This document shows, piece by piece, positions 1-12,983 of a stretch of 14,712 bases of DNA. Numbering within the stretch: the stretch's first letter is position 1; every line of letters starts with the position of its first letter. The notes under the pieces are model-generated. The model was given only the letters and a program-made list of their open reading frames with translations. It searched no databases and was not told the DNA's origin. Origin of the DNA: Planctomycetota bacterium. Lineage in GTDB: Bacteria > Planctomycetota > UBA11346. The stretch spans positions 1 through 14,712 of the forward strand of contig JBBQSO010000112.1 of the NCBI GenBank assembly GCA_038213805.1, written 5' to 3'. The position numbers and the translations under genes are program-made.

Positions 1-4769
<4,769 letters not shown>

Positions 4770-4842
4770 GCGCGTTTGCTTGCCTATACATGAATTCTTC
4801 TGCAACCCACTTATCCATCCTTACGACCCAGGTCTGAAAAAC

Positions 4843-5274
4843 ATGTCCGCCCTTAAATCCGGGTTCATCCTGCTTGTCGAGGACAATGCCGGTGACCGCA
4901 TGCTGTTCGGCGAGGCGCTCGAGTTCGTGCGCTGTGATATCGCACTGCACGTCGCCGCGAGCGCAGAAGAGGCCCTGCGGGTCATCCGCGAACCCGATCC
5001 ATCCAAGGGTTTGCCGCGCCTGATCGTCCTCGACCTGCACATGCCCGGAAAGGACGGCAAAGCGATGCTCAGTGAGCTCGCGCGTCTGCCGCAGGCCACG
5101 GGCATCCCGGTGATGATGCTGACTTCGTCGAACCGACCGCGCGATCAGGAGGAATGTCTCGCGCTCGGTGCATTTGGCTTCCGCGTCAAGCCCAACGACT
5201 GGGTCGGCTACCAGGAATTGATCGCCTACCTGCAGCCATTCTGGCAGGGCGCGCAGCGCGTCGGCGGAGCTTGA
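4843..5274 (+). CDS. Single-domain response regulator, Rcp1-like (phytochrome-kinase-associated family), 143 aa
   Basis: ILLVEDN..LIVLDLHMPGKDG..IPVMMLTSS..D..VKP..FW. The LTSS and C-terminal FW motifs are typical of Rcp1-like regulators. Start moved from 4465 to ATG 4843 to remove the overlap with the upstream CDS. Confidence 0.9.
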   Translation: MSALKSGFILLVEDNAGDRMLFGEALEFVRCDIALHVAASAEEALRVIREPDPSKGLPRLIVLDLHMPGKDGKAMLSELARLPQATGIPVMMLTSSNRPRDQEECLALGAFGFRVKPNDWVGYQELIAYLQPFWQGAQRVGGA

Positions 5275-5296
5275 CAGAGGGGGTCGTCGGGGCGTG

Positions 5297-5314
5297 CCGA
5301 TGCAATGGCATCGG
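5297..5314 (+). terminator. Possible stem-loop downstream of the response regulator
   Basis: CCGATGC-aatg-GCATCGG, a perfect 7-bp stem 22 nt after the stop. There is no U-tract, so it is not a canonical intrinsic terminator. Confidence 0.3.
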
Positions 5315-5439
5315 GCTATGAAGCGCAATTGAAGCTGTCGGAGCCCAGCGAGCGTTTGATGATCCGCACACGACCGTGTTGTGGTGGAGTTCCCGTTCGT
5401 CACCAATGATCGGACAGGGCACGACATGGCATCCGGACC

Positions 5440-5464
5440 TAAGCTGCGACAGCTTATGTCGCAG
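5440..5464. promoter_or_regulatory. Overlapping palindromes, candidate operator
   Basis: CTGCGACA-gctta-TGTCGCAG (5444-5464) overlaps TAAGCTG-cga-CAGCTTA (5440-5456). Confidence 0.35.
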
Positions 5465-5519
5465 GGACGCGGACGTGGTCGCAGTGCTGAATGCAGCGGC
5501 AATCACCAAAAAAATGGCT

Positions 5520-5754
5520 CTTCGTCGTCCGGGGTGGATGCTTTCCGTCCATCGACGGGTGTCCAGGCCTGATTGAACAAGAGGCACGAAGAAACGGAGA
5601 AGTACAGGGAGTCAGTGAAAAAAGCGAAATCGGAAAAACGGCATCGCCATCTCCTGGCTGTCCTCCGATCCTCTGTTCCTCTTGTTCAACCCTGTCTTTC
5701 CTGGTGTGATCGACGAGAACCAAATAGGCGATGAATCCACCACGAATGACGAGG
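5520..5754. repeat. Nested imperfect inverted repeats (REP-like element or structured RNA)
   Basis: Inner arms 5573-5599 / 5663-5689 with a perfect 12-bp core TTGAACAAGAGG / CCTCTTGTTCAA. Outer arms 5520-5539 / 5735-5754 give 16/20 Watson-Crick pairs plus 2 G:U. Confidence 0.7.
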
Positions 5755-6011
5755 AATCAAAAAAACCAAGGTCACGCCAGCATGCCATGCTGCTTGTCAC
5801 ATCAGTAATTGCAGGTGTCCCCTGAGATCGCGGCGTGATCGGGGGCGCCGTGGTAGCAGGAGCGCAACCAGATCCCAGTTGGTGCCCGCAGGTGCGCGTT
5901 GCGTGGTCAGCGTACAGCAAGTCGATGCGGACTTCAGGAGGTCGTGCTGGGCGTGCTAAGCGCAGGGGATTGGCCCGCCGCGTGCTCACAGTGGTCCACC
6001 CGGGAAAGCCG

Positions 6012-8279
6012 ATGACCATAGCCTCCAACCCACGCGACCCCTTGGCGGGCACAACCAGTGCCCGGGCCACGGCGCCTTCCTCTGAAAGCGGGCAAGTCTC
6101 GGTGCAGACTCCGCGTTACCGCCTCTCAGAAGGCCGCCCCTACCCACGCGGGGCCACCTGGGACGGCAAGGGCACCAACTTCGCCATCTTTTCCGCACAT
6201 GCGACCAAGGTCGAGATTTGCCTGTTCTCGCCCGACGGCCGCCAGGAGCTGGAGCGTATCGAACTGCCAGAGTTTACCGACGAGGTATGGCACGGCTATC
6301 TGCTGGGGCTGCCACCGGGCACGCTTTACGGCCTGCGCGTGCATGGTCCCTACGAGCCGCTGAACGGACATCGTTTCAATCCCAACAAGCTGCTCCTCGA
6401 CCCATATGCCAAGTCGCACGTCGGTGAGCTGATCTGGGGTCCAGAGATCTTCGGCTACACGCTCGGCCATCCGGACCTCGACCTTTCGTTCGATACCCGC
6501 GACAGCGCGCCATACGTGCCGAAGTGCCGCGTCGTCGAGAGCGGCTTCACCTGGGAACACGAGCGCAGCGATGTGCCCTGGGACCGCCAGGTGATCTATG
6601 AACTGCACGTGCGTGGCTTCACCAAGCGGCATCCGCAGGTGCCGGAGGCGCTGCGCGGCACCTTCGCCGGGCTCGGCGAGCCGGCGCCCCTCGATTACCT
6701 GCGCGGACTTGGGGTGACCGCGGTCGAACTGCTGCCGATCCACACCTTCGTCAACGAGGGCAACCTGGCCGGGAAGGGCCTGACCAATTACTGGGGCTAC
6801 GATTCGATCGGATTCTTCACCGCGGACCCGCGTTACTTCTCGGCTGGCGCGGACGCCAACGAGTTCAAGCGGCTCGTCGATCGCATGCATGGCGCGGGCC
6901 TGGCGGTTATCCTGGACGTGGTCTACAACCATACTGCCGAGGGCAATGAGCTTGGACCGACGCTGTCCTTCAAGGGCGTCGACAACGCTTCGTACTACAA
7001 TCTGGTCGCGGATCAGCGTCGCTACTATCTCAACAACACCGGTACCGGGAATACCCTCAATCTCGCCCACCCACGGGTGCTGCAGATGGTGATGGATAGC
7101 CTGCGTCACTGGGTGACCGACATGCGTGTCGACGGGTTCCGCTTCGACCTCGCCACCGTGCTCGGGCGTGAGTCGCATGGCTTCGATTCCTTCGGCGGCT
7201 TCCTTGATAGCTGCCGGCAGGACCCGGTGTTGAGCACGGTGAAGATGATCGCCGAGCCCTGGGACTGCGGACCCGGTGGCTACCAGGTCGGGCGCTTCCC
7301 GCCGGGCTGGGCGGAGTGGAACGACCGCTTCCGCGACACCGTGCGCTCATTCTGGAAGGGTGACGCTGGTACCGCACCCGATCTGGCGCGTCGGCTGACG
7401 GCGTCGGCTGACTCCTTCGACCACTTCGGGCGTAAACCGTGGGCGAGCGTGAACTTCGTTACTGCCCACGACGGATTCACCCTGCACGATTTGGTGTCCT
7501 ACAACGATAAGCATAACGAGGCCAACGGTGAGGGCGGCCGGGATGGCACCAATGACAACCGCTCGTGGAACCACGGCGCCGAAGGCCCGACGGAGGATCC
7601 GGCCATCAACGAGCTGCGGGTGCGCCAAAAACGCAACCTGCTCGCGACCATGCTGCTCTCCCAGGGCACCCCGATGCTGGTCGCCGGGGACGAGTTCGGG
7701 CGCACCCAGCGCGGTAACACTAACGCCTACTGCCAGGACAACGAGATCAGCTGGCTCGATTGGGAAGGCATCGATGAGTCCGGCAGGGGACTGTGCGACT
7801 ACGTACGCAAGCTCATCTACTTGCGACAGCATCTGCCGGTGCTGCGCCGCAACCGCTTTCTCAACGGCGCCTACAATAAGGAACTGGACGTCACTGATGT
7901 ACGCTGGCTGTCGACGGCGGGCACCGACCTGTCTCCGGCCCAGTGGGCCGACCCTGAGATGCGCTGCTTCGGCATGGTCATCGATGGGCGAAGCCAGGTG
8001 AGTGGCATCCGCCGGCCGGGCGCGGACGCGACCATCCTGATCGTCATCAATGGCCACCACGACGTGGTGAACTTCACACTGCCTGACATTCCCGGTCCTG
8101 ACCAGTGGACCTGTGTACTGGACACCAATATGCCAGTGCGCACCACGTTGCCTGGCTTTCTCACGGGCGATGTGTACATGATGACCGGACGTTCACTGGC
8201 GCTCTTCGCACTTGAGGCGAAGGGGCTCACGGCACGCATCTTCGAGCGCATCGCAGGGCGGATGACGGCTTCTGGATGA
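6012..8279 (+). CDS. glgX: Glycogen debranching enzyme / isoamylase (GH13 with N-terminal CBM48), ~755 aa
   Basis: GATWDGKGTNFAIFS, HRFNPNKLLLDPYAK, IYELHVRGFT, NYWGY, LDVVYNHTAEG. Catalytic motifs DGFRFDLA, IAEPWD and FVTAHDGFTL, then NAYCQDNEISW. ATG 6012 was chosen as start because the upstream part of the ORF (5835-6011) does not resemble GlgX; the exact start is uncertain. Confidence 0.96.
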   Translation: MTIASNPRDPLAGTTSARATAPSSESGQVSVQTPRYRLSEGRPYPRGATWDGKGTNFAIFSAHATKVEICLFSPDGRQELERIELPEFTDEVWHGYLLGLPPGTLYGLRVHGPYEPLNGHRFNPNKLLLDPYAKSHVGELIWGPEIFGYTLGHPDLDLSFDTRDSAPYVPKCRVVESGFTWEHERSDVPWDRQVIYELHVRGFTKRHPQVPEALRGTFAGLGEPAPLDYLRGLGVTAVELLPIHTFVNEGNLAGKGLTNYWGYDSIGFFTADPRYFSAGADANEFKRLVDRMHGAGLAVILDVVYNHTAEGNELGPTLSFKGVDNASYYNLVADQRRYYLNNTGTGNTLNLAHPRVLQMVMDSLRHWVTDMRVDGFRFDLATVLGRESHGFDSFGGFLDSCRQDPVLSTVKMIAEPWDCGPGGYQVGRFPPGWAEWNDRFRDTVRSFWKGDAGTAPDLARRLTASADSFDHFGRKPWASVNFVTAHDGFTLHDLVSYNDKHNEANGEGGRDGTNDNRSWNHGAEGPTEDPAINELRVRQKRNLLATMLLSQGTPMLVAGDEFGRTQRGNTNAYCQDNEISWLDWEGIDESGRGLCDYVRKLIYLRQHLPVLRRNRFLNGAYNKELDVTDVRWLSTAGTDLSPAQWADPEMRCFGMVIDGRSQVSGIRRPGADATILIVINGHHDVVNFTLPDIPGPDQWTCVLDTNMPVRTTLPGFLTGDVYMMTGRSLALFALEAKGLTARIFERIAGRMTASG

Positions 8280-8370
8280 CCTGCGGCGAAACCCGTCCGT
8301 TCGCGTGTACTGCAAATTGCAGTGTCTTGCAGCTACGTGACTTAGGATGAATTCTGAAGTGAATTCACGA

Positions 8371-8399
8371 TTGACAAATTGCGCGCTTCGGATTGGAAT
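8371..8399 (+). promoter_or_regulatory. Candidate sigma70-type promoter of the rsb operon
   Basis: Perfect TTGACA (8371-8376), 17-nt spacer, TGGAAT (8394-8399, 4/6 match to TATAAT), then strong RBS AAGGAGG before ATG 8421. Confidence 0.5.
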
Positions 8400-8420
8400 G
8401 GATATCACTAAGGAGGGCAC

Positions 8421-9347
8421 ATGCCCTACTCCAAACGGCTCGCCCCCATCATCGCGCGCTGCGAAGCAGAACTGATCAGCGAATGGCTGGTCCGGATCGC
8501 GGCCGCAACCGGTCCCCGCGCCGACGTGCCGAAGGTCGATAGTCAACTTATCGAACAACAAGGTCGCGACCTGCTCGCCGGAGTGCGCAACGCCCTCGAA
8601 TCCGGCCCCAGCGAGCAACTCGACGGTCCGTCGTGGGAGCCGGTGCGCGATCTGTTGACCTCCATATCGCGCGAACGCGCACAGCATGGCTATACGCCGA
8701 AAGAGACGGCGCTGTTCGTATTCTCGCTCAAGGGACCGCTGTTTGCCATCCTGCGCCGTGAACTTCCCAAGGATGTGCAGGTGCTCGCCGATGAGACCTG
8801 GGCTGCGACCGAACTGATTGACGACCTCGGTCTCTTCACCTTCGAGAGCTACGTCTCCGCCCGCCAGGAGGTCATCCTCCGCCAGCAGGAGGAGATGCTC
8901 GAGCTGTCGACCCCGGTGGTGAAGTTGTGGGACGGCATCCTCGCCCTGCCGCTGATCGGCACCCTCGACAGCAACCGTGCCCAGGTGGTGATGGAGTCGC
9001 TGCTGCAGAAGGTCGTCGAGACCGGCAGCGAGGTGGCGATCATCGACATCACTGGAGTGCCGACCGTGGACACCCTGGTCGCGCAGCACCTGCTGAAGAC
9101 CGTGACCGCGGCGCGCCTGATGGGCACCGACTGCATCATCAGCGGCATCCGTCCACAAATCGCCCAGACCATCGTGTACCTGGGAGTCGACCTCAAGGAC
9201 GTGATCACCAAGTCTTCGCTGGCCGACGCCTTCCAGGTCGCGCTGCAGCGCCTCGACCTGGCCATCGTCAAGCGGCGGCAGGCGGTCCAGGGGGCAGGAG
9301 CCGGCCGGGCCACCACCAGCATGGTCATGAAACCGGTTCAGGGCTGA
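8421..9347 (+). CDS. rsbR: Stressosome scaffold/sensor RsbR (RsbRD_N-type N-terminal domain + STAS)
   Basis: N-domain motif SRERAQHGYTPKETALFVFSLK; linker ELSTPVV; STAS LPLIGTLDSNRA..IDITGVPTVDT..GIRPQIAQTIV closely matching B. subtilis RsbR. RBS AAGGAGG. Confidence 0.95.
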   Translation: MPYSKRLAPIIARCEAELISEWLVRIAAATGPRADVPKVDSQLIEQQGRDLLAGVRNALESGPSEQLDGPSWEPVRDLLTSISRERAQHGYTPKETALFVFSLKGPLFAILRRELPKDVQVLADETWAATELIDDLGLFTFESYVSARQEVILRQQEEMLELSTPVVKLWDGILALPLIGTLDSNRAQVVMESLLQKVVETGSEVAIIDITGVPTVDTLVAQHLLKTVTAARLMGTDCIISGIRPQIAQTIVYLGVDLKDVITKSSLADAFQVALQRLDLAIVKRRQAVQGAGAGRATTSMVMKPVQG

Positions 9348-9357
9348 GGGGCCGGTC

Positions 9358-9774
9358 ATGATGGAACGCATCCCGATCCTGCGCATCGGCCGCTTGCTGC
9401 TGGTCAGCATCCAGGTCGACATGCACGACCGCCTGGCGATGACCCTGCAGGACGACCTCACTGCGCAGATCGCCGCGACCGGCGCGCGTGGCGTGCTGAT
9501 CGACATCTCTGCGCTCGAGATCGTCGACTCGTTCATTGGGCGCATGCTCGCAAACATCTCGGGCATGGCGCGTGTCCTGGACGCGGAGACCGTCCTCACC
9601 GGCATGCAGCCGGCCGTGGCAATAACCCTGGTCGAGCTGGGGCTGGCACTGCCTGGCATCCGCACCGCTCTCAACGTCGAACGCGGCATGGCGCTGCTGC
9701 AGAGCATGGTCGCCGCGCGCGGCGACGGGCTGGTCGCCGAGGAAGGCGAAGGCGATGCCGATCCGGCGCAGTGA
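9358..9774 (+). CDS. rsbS: Stressosome STAS protein RsbS
   Basis: IPIL..LLVSIQ..GVLIDISALEIVDSF..GMQPAVAITLVELGL. The phospho-acceptor Ser of DSF is conserved (codon 9529-9531). Start is 9358 or 9361. Confidence 0.95.
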   Translation: MMERIPILRIGRLLLVSIQVDMHDRLAMTLQDDLTAQIAATGARGVLIDISALEIVDSFIGRMLANISGMARVLDAETVLTGMQPAVAITLVELGLALPGIRTALNVERGMALLQSMVAARGDGLVAEEGEGDADPAQ

Positions 9775-10159
9775 GACACTGCCCATCGCCGCCGAGATGG
9801 ACATCGTCAAGGTGCGCCAGACCGTGCGCGCCTGGGCGATCGCCTGCAAGTTCTCGCTGGTCGAGCAGACCAAGCTGGTGACCGCGGCCAGCGAACTGGC
9901 GCGCAACGCGCTTGAGCACGGCGGTGGCGGCAAGGCCACACTTGAGGAGCTCGACGATGGCGCGCGGCGCGGCCTACGCATCGCTTTTGAGGATCAGGGC
10001 AAGGGCATCGCTGACATCGCGCAGGCGCTGAAGGACGGTTACACCACTGGCGGCGGCATGGGTCACGGCTTGGGCGGCTCCAAGCGGTTGGTCGACGACT
10101 TCGCCATCGTCTCAGCCCCCGGCAAGGGCACGCGCGTGACCATCGGCCGCTGGCGATGA
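9755..10159 (+). CDS. rsbT: Switch Ser/Thr kinase RsbT (GHKL fold)
   Basis: DIVKVRQ..TAASELARN..FEDQGKGI..DGYTTGGGMGHGLGGSKRLVDDF..S.PGKGT; directly follows rsbS with a 20-nt overlap. Confidence 0.95.
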   Translation: MPIRRSETLPIAAEMDIVKVRQTVRAWAIACKFSLVEQTKLVTAASELARNALEHGGGGKATLEELDDGARRGLRIAFEDQGKGIADIAQALKDGYTTGGGMGHGLGGSKRLVDDFAIVSAPGKGTRVTIGRWR

Positions 10160-11178
10160 TGGCTACCGCGATGCTGAGCGTCTGTCATCGGGTTGCTGAC
10201 GCCACGCAGGTTTCCGAGGCCAAGCGCCGCATCACCGACCTGGCGAAGTCGGTGGGGCTGGACGAGACCGCGACCGGCCAAGTGACGCTGATCGCCACTG
10301 AAATGGCGACCAACCTCGCCAAACACGGCGGTGGGGGCTGGCTGATCGGCCGCCGCCTCGCAGCGGCCCGGCCGCAGGGCGAGACGATGACCGGCGTCGA
10401 AATCCTGGCGATCGATCGTGGTCGCGGCATGGCGGATCCGGCGCAGTGCTTGCGCGACGGCTACTCGACGGCCGGCACGCCGGGCAACGGTCTCGGCGCG
10501 ATCCGCCGCCTCAGCAGCACTTTCGACCTCTACACCCGGGTCAACCAGGGCACGGTCGTGCTGTCGCGGGTGTGGCGCGGGCTACGCGGCCAGCTGGCGC
10601 CGGAGGTGCATATCGGCGTGGTCGCGTTGCCAATAGAGGGCGAAATGGTCAGCGGCGACGGCTGGGACGTAGCGGGCACCTGGCCGCAGATGCGCATCAC
10701 GATGGTCGATGGCCTGGGTCACGGGCCGCTCGCAGCCGCCGCGGCGCAGGCTGCGTTCGCGGCGTTGGTGGGCAGCAGCGGGACCCCAGGCCAACGTCTC
10801 CAGCGCATTCATGAAAGCATCCGCCACACCCGCGGCGCAGCAGGCGCGCTGTGCGAGATCGATGGCGCGGCCGCAACGCTCCGCTACGCGGGCGTCGGCA
10901 ACATCTCCGGCTGCCTGATCGGCGCCGACCGGCAGCGCAGCCTGGTCTCGCACAACGGCACGCTGGGGCTGTCGGCGCCGCGCTTCCAGGATTTCAGCTT
11001 GCCGTGGACGGCGCAGAGCCTGCTCATTCTGCATTCAGACGGCCTCACCGCGCGCTGGGACCTGGCCTCCTACCTGGGCCTGGCGCTGCGCGATCCCGCG
11101 CTGATCGCAGCGGTGCTGTGGCGCGATTTCCAGCGTGGCCGCGACGACGCCACCGTGCTGGTGGCGAAGGGGGCCTGA
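10156..11178 (+). CDS. RsbT-like HATPase_c domain fused to a SpoIIE/PP2C phosphatase domain (RsbX-like)
   Basis: N-part ATEMATNLAKH, IDRGRGM, DGYSTAGTPGNGLG. C-part PP2C motifs SGD, VDGLGHG, HSDGL, RDDATVL. ATGA overlap with rsbT. Confidence 0.9.
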   Translation: MMATAMLSVCHRVADATQVSEAKRRITDLAKSVGLDETATGQVTLIATEMATNLAKHGGGGWLIGRRLAAARPQGETMTGVEILAIDRGRGMADPAQCLRDGYSTAGTPGNGLGAIRRLSSTFDLYTRVNQGTVVLSRVWRGLRGQLAPEVHIGVVALPIEGEMVSGDGWDVAGTWPQMRITMVDGLGHGPLAAAAAQAAFAALVGSSGTPGQRLQRIHESIRHTRGAAGALCEIDGAAATLRYAGVGNISGCLIGADRQRSLVSHNGTLGLSAPRFQDFSLPWTAQSLLILHSDGLTARWDLASYLGLALRDPALIAAVLWRDFQRGRDDATVLVAKGA

Positions 11179-11180
11179 CC

Positions 11181-12983
11181 ATGGCGCTGATTCCTCTCCT
11201 GGCCCTCGAGATCCGCAGCGAGCACGACGTGTTGGTCGCCCGCCAGCGCGCACGCCAGATCGCCGAGGGACTGGGCCTGGACCATCAGAACCAGATCAAA
11301 CTCGGCACTGCCGTGTCCGAGATCGTACGCAACGCCTTCCGCTACGCTGGCGGCGGACGGGCGACCTTCGCGCTCGACGACGCGACGCCCTCATCGTTGG
11401 TCGTCGAGGTGACGGACCGTGGGCCAGGCATCGCCGACCTGGCCGCGATCCTTGAAGGGCGCTACCGTTCCCAGACCGGGCTGGGCTTAGGACTGATCGG
11501 AGTGCGCCGTCTGATGGATGTGTGCGACATCACGAGTTCCCCGGGAGAGGGCACGCGGGTCACCATGCGCAAGTACATCCCGGCTCTGGTCGGTCGTCGG
11601 CAACTGCTGACAGTCGCAGGCCAGCTGGCGGACACGTTCGTCCGCGAGCAACGCAACGACCCGGTCGCCGAGGTGCAGTACCAGAACCGGGAGCTGCTGG
11701 GCACGCTGTCCGAACTCCGCGCGCGGCAGGATGAGCTGCAGCAGCTCAACCGCGAACTGGAGGACACCAACCGCGGCGTGGTCGCCTTGCACGCCGAACT
11801 GGACGTGCGCGCCGACCACCTGCGCCGGGCCTCGCGCACCAAGAGCCGCTTCCTGTCGAACATGTCCCACGAGTTCCGCACGCCACTGAACTCGATCCAA
11901 GCGCTCGCCAACCTGCTGCTCGACAACACCGACGGCGAGCTCAGCCCGGAACAGCGCCGGCAGGTGACGTTCATCCGCCGCTCGTGCGAGCAGCTCGCCG
12001 AGCTGGTCGATGACCTGCTTGACCTGGCCAAGGTCGAAGCCGGCAAGGTCGCAGTGAAGACACGGGAATTCACGGTGGCGGAGCTGTTCGGCGCCCTCAA
12101 GGGCGTCTTGCGGCCGCTGCTGCCGGCGCAGGGCGCGGTCACCCTCGAATTCGAGACGCCGCGCGAGGCTGTCGTGGTGCACTCCGACGAGGGCAAGGTC
12201 TCGCAAATCATGCGCAACCTGATCGCCAACGCGCTCAAGTTCACCGATAAGGGCGTTGTGCGGGTGGCGGCGCGGCTGCTGCCCAGTGGCAGGATCGCCA
12301 TCTCCGTGACCGATAGCGGAGTCGGGATCGCCGCAGAGAATCTCGAGCATATCTTCGACGAGTTCGCCCAGGTGGAAGGCGGCCGTCGCGCCAGTGGTCC
12401 CAAAGGCACCGGTCTGGGCCTGCCGCTTTCGCGGCGCCTGGCCCAGTTGCTGGGTGGCACGGTCCGCGCTGAGAGTACCATGGGTTCCGGGTCCGTTTTC
12501 ACCCTCGAGATTCCGCTCACTTATGAGGGATCAGGAGATTTCCCTGTGATCGCGACCGCCGACGAAGCAGCGGCGGAAGTCACGTCCGCACCGACCGTGC
12601 TCATCATCGACGACGATGAGGTCGCGCGGTACCTGCTGCGCGGCATCCTGCCGCCGGGACTCAAGGTGCATGAGGCCAAGGGAGGGGTCGAAGGCCTCGC
12701 CGCGATTCGGCGTCTGCGGCCGAATGTGGTGTTCCTGGACCTGAGCATGACCGACATCTCGGGGTTCGAGGTTCTCGACCGTGTCACCGGTGATCCCGAG
12801 ATCGCCGGTCTCAAGATTATCATCTACAGTGCGCAGCACATCGACGATCAGGACCGCAAGCGACTGGGCAAGGCGGTGGCCATCGTGTCGAAGCGCACCG
12901 ACTCGCGTGAAGAGGCCATCGCCGAGATCACCAAGGCGCTGCGCATGACCGGCATCGCCATCGCCGAGCGGGGTCGCGCGTGA
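11181..12983 (+). CDS. Hybrid histidine kinase with N-terminal RsbT-like domain, coiled coil, HisKA, HATPase_c and REC, 600 aa
   Basis: ATG 11181 lies 2 nt after the upstream stop and follows AAGGGGG. RsbT-like DVLVARQRAR..TAVSEIVRN..DRGPGI..GLGLGL; linker ELEDTNRGVVALHAELD; H-box NMSHEFRTPLNS (His 11868-11870); NLIANALKFT, DSGVGI, GTGLGL; REC LIIDDD..FLDLSM..SK. Confidence 0.93.
   Translation: MALIPLLALEIRSEHDVLVARQRARQIAEGLGLDHQNQIKLGTAVSEIVRNAFRYAGGGRATFALDDATPSSLVVEVTDRGPGIADLAAILEGRYRSQTGLGLGLIGVRRLMDVCDITSSPGEGTRVTMRKYIPALVGRRQLLTVAGQLADTFVREQRNDPVAEVQYQNRELLGTLSELRARQDELQQLNRELEDTNRGVVALHAELDVRADHLRRASRTKSRFLSNMSHEFRTPLNSIQALANLLLDNTDGELSPEQRRQVTFIRRSCEQLAELVDDLLDLAKVEAGKVAVKTREFTVAELFGALKGVLRPLLPAQGAVTLEFETPREAVVVHSDEGKVSQIMRNLIANALKFTDKGVVRVAARLLPSGRIAISVTDSGVGIAAENLEHIFDEFAQVEGGRRASGPKGTGLGLPLSRRLAQLLGGTVRAESTMGSGSVFTLEIPLTYEGSGDFPVIATADEAAAEVTSAPTVLIIDDDEVARYLLRGILPPGLKVHEAKGGVEGLAAIRRLRPNVVFLDLSMTDISGFEVLDRVTGDPEIAGLKIIIYSAQHIDDQDRKRLGKAVAIVSKRTDSREEAIAEITKALRMTGIAIAERGRA

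Noticed and set aside
5376..5723. Small ORFs in the intergenic region (5376-5576, 5381-5572, 5454-5723, 5491-5709)
   Set aside because: No host-like codon bias, RBS or motifs; composition is explained by the inverted repeats.
5500..5770. CRISPR array, tRNA or known riboswitch
   Set aside because: The repeats are inverted rather than regularly spaced direct repeats, and I recognise no cloverleaf or aptamer consensus.
8193..9779. 528-aa minus-strand ORF, plus other antisense ORFs over glgX and the rsb operon
   Set aside because: Antisense to clearly conserved genes; no recognisable domain.
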